A stretch of DNA of 64,000 bases, taken from Phoronis australis (lineage: Eukaryota > Animalia > Phoronida). The notes beneath the pieces were generated by a model that made no database searches, was not told the origin of the DNA, and saw nothing but the letters and a program-made list of their open reading frames with translations. Below, in pieces: positions 23,501 through 36,782 of this stretch. The stretch spans positions 3,255 to 67,254 of the forward strand of contig NMRA01000184.1 in assembly GCA_002633005.1 (NCBI GenBank), read 5' to 3'. How positions within the stretch are numbered: position 1 is the stretch's first letter; every line of letters begins with the position of its first letter. A program made the translations under genes and the position numbers.

Positions 23501-26500
23501 ATTCTATAGTTAAAGTATGTTGTTTTTGACTTTCATTTTTTCCATGCTATGAGCCAGAGGTTTTCGTCTTGACTTTTTTCCATTGCATTGGAATTAAATT
23601 TTTGTTGGAATTAGATGTGTATGTATTTCAGGCTTTCCAGATAATCTCTGGGTCGATTTTCAATATTTTTGTATCTTAATTATAAGAACTTAAAATAATG
23701 ATAATAGTTTTATAGGTTTCCCTGCAGCAACTCAAGAATAACCTTCTGTCACTCACACTTCAAATTTTGCATCATTATCTTTATTATTTTAATTTAAAAA
23801 ATGTCTTTTGTTGCATCTAATTGCCTTCATTATTGTTGCTGAAATAGATGTCAGGTACTGCTTATAATGAGTGTGTTTTGCCAACACGACACATTTACAG
23901 GGCATCTTGTGATAATAATGTTTACATTCGATCTGTTATGGTATGGTTGTTTAGATTGCAATGTGTATTTGGGGCAGTGAAAGTTTTCCTCTTTTTTGTC
24001 ATGGGTTATTCCAAGCCCTGATGTTAAAAAGAATAGAAATCACCAGTTTTGACAAACTTGGACAACTCCTACTGGATTGTTGCCCTTCAATTCTTCATTT
24101 ATATAAATCAACAGCAGGTGATTTTCCAATACTTTTTATAATAAAAACCAATTGATACCATGGTGACGAAATTGTTGAAACCAGGTTGTCAGAGTTTGTC
24201 ACCCTGTTTCTTGAATTTCATGTTCAGGCCGTGGAAGGCAAACACCCGTTTATACCGTCAAAGGAGACATTCACTTTTAGTTTTTATTATCCCATATATG
24301 TGTGAATACAGTCATGAACTACGACTTGAATGTGGCAAAGAAGAGCCAAGAACCCGTATTACATGGCCGAGCCGTATTCCTTGGTTGGTGTACAGACGGA
24401 ATCCTCGTGTACGACGGCTGGTGTGATTGGTCTTGCTCATTTGGGCTACCTAAAATATTCATCAAGACGTCGTTACTGAAAAAGCAGTTTTACTGCTCTA
24501 AAATTATATAACATTTCAGCAATGATTTACCAACTGCAAATTCTGACGCACGACGATAAGCCGCTACTTTAAATCTGAGTGATCAGAAATATGTCAATTG
24601 CCTACAAAATTGGGCGAAAATTCAAATCCAAGGAAAACGTTTTGTTGCAATGCATGCAATATTTTTACGCTGATAATAAAGACATCTGGAGATGATTACG
24701 ACCTGGGCCCGGTCTCCAATCTTTTTACTCGAAATGGAACTCGAAATTAGGTTTGGCATTTTCTACTCTACTTTTGGGCGAACTCAAGATAAGTGTCTAT
24801 TATTCTATGCTCGAGAACACAATAACTTACGTAGATAATTTATTGCCCTTAGTTCACAGTTTGTAAACCCAATATTAAAGCAATAAGTTCTAGTTTGAAC
24901 TCGAAATTTCGAGTTTTTACTCGAGTTTGTAGCACGAATATAAGGGTTTTCAAGAGCAAACTTGAACTAGAAACTCCTATGCATTAACTATAATGTATTC
25001 GAGCACAGTCTGATAACCAATTATCTTAAGTTCGCACAAAAGGAGCAGAGAAATTGCCAAAAATAGTTTCGAGTTCGTTTCGAGTACAAAGATTAGAGAC
25101 CGGGCCCTGATATCGAGTATGTGTTTTTTACTGACAGAAACGTTTCGTCGTAGCGTTCTTTCACTCTAGATCTCTCCCTGTTACCGTAAAATATCCTTTT
25201 CTTGGTACACTCGCTATCTCTGGTTTTGCAAATCAGCCACCGCATCAGACAGGGTTTCCATCTTTATTGATGGTGATATTTCTATCACTATTTCTATTCC
25301 AGAAGCTAAGAAACGAACTATAGGCATATAAAAGTAAGAAATTCATCGAAACTAAAACGACAGGCTCCTGCACAACTGTTTAGTTAATGTTTCAAATTTT
25401 ATATTCCCTGATGGATTATTTCTATTTTCCGACAAATTTTTAATAGCATTGAGTGGTTCAATGCATTTACTTGTAGGAAACAAAAATTGAAAGTTTTTAT
25501 AATTTTATTATAAAACTGCAGGCAAATCAATCGACGGCTGCAGGGAAAGGCCTGCGCTCTCCTTGAACCAAGGATGCACTTTAGCACAAAAAAGTTTAAA
25601 CTGAGTAATGCTTTTATCTCTCAAATCCAAAACCAGTTCATGAAAGCACTAAAACAGGACTAAATATTCCGTTAACTGTTAGATGCCATTGATCGTTCCT
25701 ATGTTGTGTTCAAACTTGGCGAAAGTAAAGGGAAAGTATGTTTTGGTTTTTGGATTTATTTAATTGCGTGTCACATTTTGGACTACTCACAAAACGTTAC
25801 TTGTCTTGTAGATATTTGGAATCGTGTTTACGCTCTGTCAGGGTGCTCTCCGAGAGTCTCATGGTACATTGGCGGCCAACCTGTTGTTGTGTGCAGCGCT
25901 CCTAGTGGGAACTATATTGACTGCCATCATTAAGTCGGATAACAGGCGGCAAGCGGCAGCACACAAGGTATCAAAATTTAACGTAAAACTGCAGGTCTCC
26001 AAAACATGATAATTCCATTAACTAAATGACAATAGAAAGATTGCCAGTTAAGACATTGTTGCCCTATATCAAGGGTTCCACGACATCTTTTTTTTCTAAG
26101 TTCCTGCTTTTAGGCAAATATTTGAACATCCATGTATACACATCACTTAACCCTTAGAGGTGCCCTTTTTATTTGTTGAGTTTACTGCATGTATAGCGTG
26201 GTATTTATGTCTGTGAGCAGTGTAACACTGTTTCTGCACAAATTTATCAAGTGATGTGAATTTGTTGTTCACTGGAATCTTTTTTCAATGCAAGTTCACT
26301 ATAACATATTTTCATAGTTTTATGGAATAGTGGACTTTCGTGTTTCTGCCATTCTATTTCAGTTTGAATTAAATCTCAAAGATGGCGCTGCATGGTGTTT
26401 AAAACTAAGTGATCCCAACTTTAGTTAGTATTATACGTCTTCTTTTTCTTTTTTCAGCACGAAGAAGAAATGAAATCGAAGATTGAACAGACAACAATTG

Positions 26501-26508
26501 TGGAATAA
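17581..26508 (+). CDS. FLVCR: FLVCR/SLC49A-family MFS transporter (choline/ethanolamine, historically heme exporter), copy 1, 463 aa
   Basis: Exons with GT-AG sites and consistent phases: 17581-18093, 18240-18381, 18731-18868, 20068-20135, 20734-20837, 21775-21888, 22283-22388, 25812-25967, 26458-26508 (1392 nt). Family motifs [79 protein letters not shown] 5'UTR intron lies at 17502-17566. Confidence 0.95.
19270..19760. mobile_element. Non-autonomous interspersed element (Helentron/HINE-like) in FLVCR copy 1 intron 3
   Basis: Internal repeated block GTGCCCTCTAGTGGCAATTTT..TTTTACGT / GCGCCCCCTAATGGCAATTTT..TTTTACGT, plus GATGGATTTTCGTAAAATTTGG-type motifs. Not seen at the homologous position of copy 2. 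Boundaries approximate. Confidence 0.4.
21330..21500. repeat. Degenerate short tandem motif array (CCAANTGGGTA)
   Basis: At least six CCAA(A/T/G/C)TGGG(T/C)A-like units in intron 5 of copy 1. Confidence 0.6.
22513..24020. mobile_element. Non-autonomous hAT-like DNA transposon, ~1.5 kb, in copy 1 intron 7
   Basis: Ends CAGGCTTGAAAT / ATTCCAAGCCCTG, flanks CTGTTAA / ATGTTAA. The paralogous intron (~59690-59760) is colinear with both flanks and lacks the insert. Confidence 0.7.
24705..25107. mobile_element. Harbinger-like foldback MITE
   Basis: TIR GGGCCCGGTCTCCAATCTTTTTACTCGAAATGGAACTCGAAA / TTTCGAGTTCGTTTCGAGTACAAAGATTAGAGACCGGGCCC; imperfect inversion extends over 100 bp. Confidence 0.85.
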
Positions 26509-29500
26509 GAATTTATATTTTTCAAAATGAAGATATTAGTTTTAACCACAAAATCAAAAACGCTATACATCGTGTTTGGATCTTTAGCTGCTTATGCCAG
26601 AACTCAGGTGGTGCTTTCGACAACCCAATTTACACTTGAAGGACACTTGCATTAAGAAAAGAAATGATGCTCGTTTTGGGTATTCACATGCCGTTACTTT
26701 CTATAATTCAACATCCCAGCGTAAAGGTAACTGCATTGCACTTAGGCGATCTGGCTAATTTGCAAGATCCTGGTCTTATTGACTGCACCACATGCAGAGT
26801 AAAGCATTCTTAATCAGCGATTGACTGGTAGTCCAGAAAGACATTTAGACAGATTTAGGATTTCACAGAGGACGGATGTTGTTTGAGAACCCACAATTTG
26901 GCACTTGACAGTTTGCTGCGATGATAGAGTCACAAACTCTACTTGTGATAAGTACTAAATCAGCAACCAGTACTGAGGAATTAGACAATCGAAATTCTTG
27001 AAGCTATATTTCGCACTGTTTAGGTGACTACCAAGGAAATGAGATTTGCATTGCGTGCTCCAAAATGGCACATTACCATGTACAGAAACGGAATCCTCTC
27101 GCGATAAACAATATTTTGATACCTATGTTATTACACTCTTTCACAGTGCTACGAAAGGTACACTTTTCAGTATAGGTGGCGCTGTGTCAGAAGGTACCTA
27201 TGTTATAAGAGTAAAGGTCTAGTTACATTTTCGTTTCAGCCGGCTAACCAGGGTGAAATACAGCTTTGGTTTGCTCAATTTTCCATTGATTAATAGTTTA
27301 GTTGACTACTGGTGATTTTGAGCTGAGGAGACAAATTTTGTGTTTGTATGTTTCAAGCAATTAGGATTTGTCATAAATATAGTAGAACTCGCATAGGTCT
27401 GAGAAAACCTAACCATGAGGTTTTATCTGAGAAGAAATCCGGCATATCCCAATTAGGGTCGATTGCATCATAGACTATAGATAGGGACTGCCAACTCCCG
27501 TTAGAGCGCGTTGCGCATGTCGCGGGCCACGGGACATAAGCACTAACGATGAGAGGGCGCTGCACACGCAGGATAGAAAACTTCCGGTTTTATGGAGCGG
27601 TCGTTCCCTCGTTTCAAGATTTGGTAAAGTAATGAGTCGAATTGCTTAATTTTTGGAGTGTTTAAGACTTGTAAAAATAAAATGCGTATACTGTTCTTTG
27701 TCATGTCATTTAAAACATTCACAAGATAATTCAGACATGTTATGAGTTATTAACGCCAGAAACGTCTTCGGCTGATTTTCCCGTGTTTACACTTACACAG
27801 TCGCATCAGCTGATTTTTTGTTGCAATTAGTATTGATGTTTGTTCAAATTGAGTACGGTACAAATCAGCTCATAATCATAAGCACAAGTATTAACCAACA
27901 AAAATGAAATTGTAACAATGTTACACAATAAATATTTGTAATTCACACAGCTTTGTTCCAGGGGAAGGGCCAAAGGCTAACTGGCATTGACATGTCATTT
28001 GCAAAACTTGAGTGTCAAAAAGTTGTGTCAAAAAATTGCTGTCACTACTATCATAGGCCAAAAGTACATTGTAAGGCAACTTCTAAACATAGCTACGACC
28101 ATGCAAAATTGGTTCGATACATGACACTTGTTGCTGTCACAATCTTTATTCCATTCCGTTCGTATTATCAGAACATTGGTAAAGAAACTGACCAAGAGAC
28201 GACAAACGATATTTTGAAAATACTTGTTTCATCAAGTGGAAATAAAATGACACAGTAATACCACCATAGAGCAAAAGCTAGTCAAATATGCAATGGTGCA
28301 CAGCAGGTGTGAAATACTGCAAAGACTGACAAATGGAGGGGGTAACAAGAATGTCGCGCAAACAAGTGCAGCATGACCCTGTTTGCTGCTCATTCAAAAC
28401 GGGCTTTGTGAATGCAATCAAAAGGGACTCTCAATATTTTCAATAGCAGCACATCATGCTCTCCATGTCGACTGAATTGGCGTATTCTCCACAGTTTCTT
28501 GACGAGTGATACTTATGATTATGAAGGTGGGCATGCTCATTCAGACCTAATGTCTATTTCTCTCTTTCAGTGTCTGAACATCCTGTAAATGTCACAAATA
28601 CATAGAATATCTATAAAGTAATATGGAACGAAGAGTTGTATCTGGAACGTGATTTTGTGAAAGTGAACTCATTCCNNNNNNNNNNNNNNNNNNNNNNNNN
28701 NNNNNNNNNNNNNNNNNNNNNNNNNNNNNNNNNNNNNNNNNNNNNNNNNNNNNNNNNNNNNNNNNNNNNNNNNNNNNNNNNNNNNNNNNNNNNNNNNNNN
28801 NNNNNNNNNNNNNNNNNNNNNNNNNNNNNNNNNNNNNNNNNNNNNNNNNNNNNNNNNNNNNNNNNNNNNNNNNNNNNNNNNNNNNNNNNNNNNNNNNNNN
28901 NNNNNNNNNNNNNNNNNNNNNNNNNNNNNNNNNNNNNNNNNNNNNNNNNNNNNNNNNNNNNNNNNNNNNNNNNNNNNNNNNNNNNNNNNNNNNNNNNNNN
29001 NNNNNNNNNNNNNNNNNNNNNNNNNNNNNNNNNNNNNNNNNNNNNNNNNNNNNNNNNNNNNNNNNNNNNNNNNNNNNNNNNNNNNNNNNNNNNNNNNNNN
29101 NNNNNNNNNNNNNNNNNNNNNNNNNNNNNNNNNNNNNNNNNNNNNNNNNNNNNNNNNNNNNNNNNNNNNNNNNNNNNNNNNNNNNNNNNNNNNNNNNNNN
29201 NNNNNNNNNNNNNNNNNNNNNNNNNNNNNNNNNNNNNNNNNNNNNAAATGACTGAGAATTCAACTGGTGAAAAGAATTATCCATTTAGCTCAACCTTTTC
29301 TTTGGGCCAAACTCCTCGATTCGTGTGTTGAACTGTGCTAGCAAGCGGGCCGATCAACAACTTGTCAAGTTAATTCCGACACGTTTCGTACCAATAATCC
29401 GACTTGAATGGCTCGCATACGCGATTTAGTTTGCATTAAACACAACAAATTAATTTCAAACTCAAAAATTTGCTTGACGTGCGTGAAATAAAAACCAAAG

Positions 29501-29889
29501 TTCACCTTCGTTACTATGCTTAACCATGAGACCGGAAGTTTTGAATCCTGCTCACGTACTTTTGCGTTAGGCCGCGAGACTTCACGGAGTCGCGAATCTC
29601 TTTACTAATATCTATGATTGCATGAACACAGAACTTTGTCTTAGTAAATAAAGTAAAGGTCCTACCGCCGCTTGTCTGATCAATGCAAGCTGTACTGCAG
29701 CAGTGCTGAAAAATGTTGGTTGATGATTCCATCTCTAGATATTGTTCAGATACTGCCAAGATAGAGGTGGGAATACACATCAGGTTATTTTACCTCTCAA
29801 TAAAGTTTAGTAAATATGTTTTATCCATGGTTCTTTTAAAAATAACAAGAACAGCAACAAAACCTATTTCTCTCACAAGTAATAACTGC

Positions 29890-30950
29890 ATTTGTATATT
29901 TATTAATGTATATTTATTAATATAATATTTACAATGAGGTTAGTCCCATCAGTTCACGCTGCTTTCCATGGAGGCTCTCAGAAAAAACGAAGACAGTAAG
30001 ACAAATTAACAGAATTACAAAATGAAAGGCAATATTTAAATAATCGGTGAAGAATAAGAAATTAACATGGAAAGACTGATGAAACAAAATAAATAATAAA
30101 TAATAATAGATTATACTAAAAGTACGACAACATGATTCAGACAACATGATTAAATAAAATATGAATATTTAATAAAACAGACAATAAATAATTAATAAAA
30201 GTAAGATATATTATATTTATATATATATATATATACACGCAAAAATGCACATATACACATGCTCAAAAATACACACGCACACATACACACGTAAATACAT
30301 TATTATATACATACATACATACACACAAATACACAACTACATACACACATACGATACATATAGGCCCATGTGAAATGTCTGGTCTGGGGATATTGAATGC
30401 AAGTTTGCTACACAGAACACGCAGTGAAATTGATTTCTTAAATTTCTTTTTAAAGATTATCAATGATGATGCAGATTTGGCATCGGAAGGGAGTGTTCCA
30501 TAAAGAAGGCCCGCTGTAGGAAACGGATTTTTCCAGTTTCGTTTCTGGTTTTAGGAAGATTGAAATTGGAGGCCCTAGTCTTATAGCGATTACCAGTCAT
30601 CGTAAACTTAGCCCTTAAGTATGTTGGGACAAGACGTCTAAAACATTTGTACATAATACAACAAGCTGATAGGAATTTACGTCTTGGGTGTATTTAAATT
30701 ATTCCAGTCTCCGTATGAAGGTTTTCAATGTTAATATCTCTCACACCAGCTTGTGAATAATCCGGGCAGCCCTATTTTGGATAATCTAGATGGTTTTCAT
30801 ATCCTTGTCTGATGCAGCGCCTCACAGCGGAAGGCAATTATCTAGGTGAGGTGGAATGATTGTATTGACAAGGGTATTCAGTGTTACTCTGTTCACAAAT
30901 TTACTGATGCGTTTCAATACGCTAATTTTCTGTTGCGTCAGTTTTAGCCG
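29890..30950 (-). mobile_element. 5'-truncated CR1/L2-clade LINE 3' end
   Basis: Minus-strand frames KISVLKRISKFVNRVTLNTLVNTIIPPHLDNC, IQNRAARII and MYKCFRRLVPTYL..YKTR..LPK, with stops and frameshifts. The 3'UTR contains a microsatellite and terminal AATAAATATAC repeats. Confidence 0.8.
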
Positions 30951-30954
30951 GTAC

Positions 30955-33732
30955 CTCGTGTGATGTTATGCAACAAGATGGCGATTTTGTTCCACTTTTT
31001 TGCTAAGTTTGAAGCACGCAAGTAGTCTATTATCGGAGAGCCTACTTACACTAGACTCTGCCTGTCTAGGACGAATGAGTAACAATGTGTACTGTTGAGC
31101 ATAGACTTAATTCTGCATTTGGCGGCTATTTAGCAAACTAAACAGGCATTAGCCCGTTTACTTTCATTAAATTGGTTTCATAATGTTCATTACAATGATA
31201 GGATTCTATTTCCTGTAAGAATGATTTAGAGTGAATAAAGCGAGTCGTCGGATCAATATATCTTTGTTTACTTATAAGCGCTAATTTTAAAGTTCGTGCT
31301 CATGTTTTGGCCCAAAACAAATGTGACCAAGGATTCTATTTTCGTTACAACGAAGTACGTCGACTCAAGAAAACGCTTAATTGGAGTTTACTGGAATTGG
31401 CCAACCCCGAAATTAAGAATTCAAAGTGATAGCGAAGCAAATAGAATCCTATCACGGTGAAGAATATCATGGAGCCGATTGTATAGGAGTAAAAGTCTTA
31501 ATTCAGTTTTCGTTTTTAGCCAGCTAAAGAGGGATTTAATATGCAACTAATGATAAAAGTCCGAATTCTTCCTTGTTGTAGATTTCAATGTACACATCCT
31601 GAGTCAGCTCTTGTCAAACGAGTTGAAGACCAAACAGTGAGAGACAAAGGCAAGCGAGGTTATTTCTCAGGATTTCATGCGACACAGCTAGGTGGCGTGG
31701 GCATGCTGATAGGCCGGTGACGATCGTCCGTGGTTGGTTTGATTGTGACATGCACCGAATTGAATGTGGATTGAATTAAGAGTGGCGTCAACTGCGTTTA
31801 ACGAATTTCTGTGGGAGTTGTGATCGCTGTAACCCCGGAGGTTATGGGGAGGAAAATGACCCCAGAATCCTGCTTCCTTCTTCGGCTACCCTGGCTTTGA
31901 GTTCATTTGAAACCCGGCCTCTGGTAACTTGGAATCGCCTGAACTGTAAATAGTTACCACGGTCATGCAACTGGTTGTAAATATCACGGGGCAAACACAC
32001 ACCCGTTTGCACCCGAAAATATTGACCTCTGTAGTAAGTGTCGGAGAGGAGGTGAGGAGACACTTGACATTCTTTCTCATGCATGTACCAAGCATGTGAC
32101 TTGGGGGTGCAAAGCTCAGAAGGAAGCGGACCAAACCCATAGTGCAGGATCTGACGCAATCGTCGATCTAAACTACTCCCCCTCACATGGAAAATCTCAT
32201 ACTTAACGCGGCGTTAGGACGTGTTTTTATTACGCGTTCGCCTAAAATATCGATCACTGAAAATGAACAAAGGTAAAAATATTCGATTTTTGTGGATGTG
32301 GCAAGAGGCAGTGTTCAAGGCAGTTTCTTGGGCTGGGGCTTCTTGACTCTCATTTAAGTACCGTCTACGGATTTTCCAATCGCAAGCATCCGTATACAAC
32401 GTGTCACTAAACGCAACAACTCGCTGACACTCGTAAAGATCTCGTAAAGAGAGAGGCAATTTTTGACATGTCAAAAATCTTCTAAGATTGTCTACGGATT
32501 GAATTTTATCCGTAAAAATGAGCAAAGGATCGCTAACCGCTCGCGGCCCCGCTTTAGTATTTGAAAACTGCTAGTTAGATTTCGTAAATGACCCGTAACA
32601 ATTTAACAATATATAGTAGTTTAGATGTAATTCACGAGTTGTTTACCGACAGCTGGCAAACCTTTCATTTTCAGCGAAAAGTATTTTTAGTAAAGTAAAA
32701 AGGCATAACGGAGACAATTGAAAAAGTACAAGTAATATGAATTAAAATCGGCTTGCTAAGGCGGACTCCAAATCCCTGTTGGGGGTGCGTTCGCGCTCGT
32801 AGCATACCCCGCTGTGTGTGGGCATGCTTCACAGCACCACCAGCCACCAGCACTATGAAATGATGCATATAACCGCACATTATTGTTTCTGTTCCCATAT
32901 AACAGCTAATTTCAGATATTTTTTTAAAACCTAAGTGGCATTTTGTTGCTCACCACTCACTGTGAAAGAAACGTACCAGTGAAAGCCATGGACTTCGATA
33001 AAATTGCAATGTTGCGATTGAACTCGTCTCAAAAATTCTGAATGTTCTCTGTCAGTCGGTTCATTTGTATGAAACTCGCTGGCCAAATTGACTTTGGGGT
33101 TATCAGATAACCGACTAATCATAACTGTTGCATTTTTGATCACTGACTACCAGAGCATTGCGAGAAAGGCGGTACCTGAAGGTTAATATCTGGTTCAACA
33201 CTCAAAGGTTTTGGCGAAAACAAAAGCATTCACTTCAGATTTTTTACCTTTATTATTACGAAAATTACAAGAATTTTTGACAACTGTTGAAGTGTTGTTG
33301 AATTCTAGCAATTTTCTTCACTTTTGACCATTGTGTTTATCTATGTAACTTCAATTCCTTCAATACGCATACCAAAACATCACTGAAATCATGCATTGCC
33401 TGACTTTCTACTACTTCACTGCGAGGATACTCGCTTAATTCAAACAGCTACACGACCAACACGCGCACACATTGCTGTTCGTTTCAACATACTTACGTGG
33501 TGTCAGCAAGCATAACTCTACTGCGAGTACCAGAGAATCCGGTCAAAACCACTACAGTCGTCACAACGTACTTTTAACAACTCCTGAAGAAAACTATTCT
33601 AACACTGTTCAATGTTGTAGGTACATATAGGAATTACGATTGCGACCTTTTAATGTAAGATTTTCCGTTAGAGCTTCTCGCTCCTGAAAGAGCGCCAGGA
33701 CTTACTTTTAAGAGCAAGAAAAATAAAAAAAA
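30955..33732. repeat. Right arm of ~2.8 kb inverted duplication
   Basis: Reverse complement of 1-2810. Confidence 0.97.
31842..32525 (-). pseudogene. Relic reading frame (~228 codons, one internal stop) inside the inverted repeat; product unknown
   Basis: ORFs 32214-32525 and 31842-32186 share a frame and are separated by one TAA. The left-arm copy has additional stops in this frame. Confidence 0.4.
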
Positions 33733-34104
33733 CGTATACGCCCTTCGAGGTAAATTATACTCGGGTAATGTGTCGGTGTCAACGGTTACGTTTTATTTTG
33801 TATATAGTTTCTATTATATACGTTTGTCCGAACCCTTATGAGATCATCCAAAGAAATGCCGAAACTACTACTAAATTCTGTAATACCGCAGACACAGAGG
33901 ACATTTTTGTGTTTCTTTGTTAATACAGGTTCATGCGATATCGAGTCATGTCTGAATCACGAGCCTTTGTCTCGGTAACGCCAAAATGACCGCTAGATGG
34001 TGCTCATATTCGGTTTCGCAAGTGTTCTATTTTTAGATGCAGGGGATTTCCAGTAACGTAAAGGAAACGACGGTCAACGTATTTTCAACGACAGAGCCTA
34101 ATAC

Positions 34105-34112
34105 TATATAAA
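34105..34112 (+). promoter_or_regulatory. TATA box upstream of ORF 34185
   Basis: CTATATAAAG, ~75 nt before an ATG in good context (CGTCATGA). Confidence 0.45.
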
Positions 34113-34184
34113 GAGTCAGTGAAACGATGAGGTATCGCACGATTTTACAGCGCTATAGTTATAATAGCAAGAGCCAGATTCGTC

Positions 34185-34391
34185 ATGAAGACACGCAACC
34201 AAGACAAGACAAAGGCAAGCGACCAAGTCCCGGAGCCGGGCAACTACGACGGCGAGACGGCTGAGGGCGAAAACGCTAGCGGTCATGATAAACAGACCCC
34301 TCCAAGTTGTTGCTGGCCTAGATGGTACGAGTGGGTGCAAGAAGCCGATGGTGATGATCGAAGCTGCAATAGCAGCAGCAGTAGCAGCAGC
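34185..34391 (+). CDS. 5' part of an unknown acidic/low-complexity protein, cut at an assembly join
   Basis: GC-rich open frame MKTRNQDKTK...CCWPRWYEWVQE...SSSS ending in an (AGC)n run at the single N at 34392; TATA box upstream. Confidence 0.4.
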
Positions 34392-34922
34392 NTTGATGGC
34401 GTTTAACATGTTCACGTTGACCTTATCAGCAACTATAGTTTGCCAAGCTATGGCAATCTTTTAAGTTCGTAGTGTACTTATTCAAGAAGTTTCTCCACGT
34501 TTCGTAAACAGTTCAGATGTACATTGCGCTATAAAGAAAATAAATAAAACATATAAAATCAATTTTGTTATTGAAATGCAATCCATTACAAAATGAACAA
34601 CTAACATAGATTCGATAAATGTTTTATGAAAGCATTCAGATACCCACGACAGAAAAAACGAATTTAAATATTTCAAAAACTTAATTACAATGTGTACTAT
34701 GTGCTATTGTACAAAATAATGGACATATTATTTGACGATTGCTAGTAGCAGAATACGGTCGCACGCATATATTCCAAAGTACGCAACATTACCGTCACTT
34801 TGAACCACCCGTTAGACGGCAAACCGAAACACTAATTTTCGATACAGCTACGTCACAGGTAATGACGTAAAAGTCGCATTCTGGATAGACGTTGTCTTCT
34901 GAGGTAGACGTTCAGAACAATC

Positions 34923-35706
34923 ATGGGTGGAAAATGCGTTAAGAGTAGTGCTCCAAAGGAGAGTGTAACGGCTTTGTTTTATGTGGAAAAGTTGAAGGAA
35001 AGACGGAAGTGAGTAATTATAATGCCATTTTTGAACCCCAGGTATTTTCGGGACACGTGATGAAAAACTTGAAATGAAGAATTTTGGGACTTCCAAACAC
35101 TTCATATTCCTCGGCATGACAGATCGTCTACTCTTTAGCCTAAAGTGTCAGCGACGTTGATTTGATCTACGAAATTAGAAGCCAGTCGTAATTTATTAGA
35201 ATACAATATAGATGTACGATTTACCAAAATCAGATCAGAACAACAGACAACCAATAAACGGGAGAGCTTTTGCAAAATGTGGTATACAATGTAGATCTTA
35301 CATTAATTCATTCTTCTCTCCTGCTCAAGGGTCAAAGTTAAAGTGATGAAAGGCCTGGTGAAGGCAACAAAGACTCATTTGAAAAACCTAAACGATGCAG
35401 CGAAATGTAAAGAAATTAAGCACATGCACAACACGTTTGTTGTAGTTTACTAAAGAATTCCTTAATTGTTTGGAACCAATCGCATCCGCATAACTGGCTT
35501 TGCAATTAAGATGACTAAAGGTAAGTGCGATAATAGAGAAAGACTTTAAATTGAATTGACCAGCCCTGATTGGATTTTACAGAGTTGTCAGCGGATTCAA
35601 AAGCGGCAGAACGCATCCGGGAACTTTACGACAAGTTGAGAGAAATAAAAATGCAACTGGATGCCGACAGGGTTAAGGTCGAAGATGAAATCAAGAATAT
35701 CGACAG
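34923..35706 (+). pseudogene. Small MGxKC/coiled-coil gene, copy A (probably inactivated)
   Basis: Exons 34923-35008, 35330-~35415 and 35583-35706 are homologous to copy B. The exon-2 donor reads TTAAGCAC where copy B has GTAAGCAC. The next acceptor (35842) gives ATG TAA. Confidence 0.55.
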
Positions 35707-36782
35707 GTACTGTAAAGCCGACCATGGAGCGAGTCTAATAATATTTCACATGTGTGATATTTTGTACAACGAGAATGAAATACAACTATCAACAGTACTT
35801 TGCGCGTTTCCTTCATTAAAATGTTTTTTTTAACCTCAACAGAATGTAATCGCAGTATCCTTCTCCAGCGTTTGACTGATATTGCAAACAACTGAGATTC
35901 ATGACTGAAGATATCTCAGAGGGAGTGCAGATCCTCTCTTGTCGTAAATCTAATGCCTGCAAGCAACAATGTATTGTCGTTGCAGTACCATAACACTAAC
36001 TTTGAAGATAGAGGAGAAGTTCCGTACCGCCAGCAAATCATTGGTAAAACTGAAGAAGGTAACCGGCCGATGAAACGTAGAAATCTGCAAGTTTCAATTC
36101 AAATTACGATTGTTAAATCCACAGCAATATTTAAAAGATTTATGCTTGAGATAGCCTAAGTTGTTTTGTGTTATATGATCCGCCAATTACCCAAAATGTA
36201 TGCATTTGTTCATTTGCGTATATTTGGTGTTTTCTCGAAATTTTTACCCTTCAAGCGATGAACTGAGTTCGAGAATATGCGCCTAAAGAACTTGCGTTTC
36301 TTGTCGTGAGACACCATTCAGTCAATGTTTAATCTTATCCAGAAAACACGTCAACGCCGTATTGTAACATATAAAGCCACCTCAAATGCGGGCTCATAAA
36401 GGCGCATGCCCCTGAACATGAGCACAGCCTCACATACAAGGATTTGTGAGAAATAAGTCTGTTTATACAGTCCATGTAGATGTCTCGGTGTAAATGTGAC
36501 ATCCTCTAAAGCCTGTCGACTTACAATATAACCAATTAACAACGGATACATTAAAAGCCTGGAAAAACAGTCGCTTTGCCGGTAACTCCAAGTCCCACTT
36601 CAGATCTTGGAAAAGAGGGTATGTGTTATTCACAATGTGATCAATCACTGACGAGCACGAAAGTGCAGCCATCAAATGCTTTTACAATCATAGCAAAAGG
36701 AATTTCCCTCGCATACCGCCTGTTAGTAAAAATATTGTTGAAAAAACATTTATCGCCTTCAGAAAAAACGCGACTTACTGTT

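Noticed and set aside
27480-28670. Promoter-like CpG patch followed by Cys/His-rich frames
   Set aside because: Frames are short and stop-ridden; family not identifiable; truncated by a gap.
28592-29331. Long ORFs spanning N runs (also 37627-38440, 39094-40043, 44996-45178)
   Set aside because: Artefacts of assembly gaps at 28676-29245, 37783-38259, 39209-39973 and 45022-45073.
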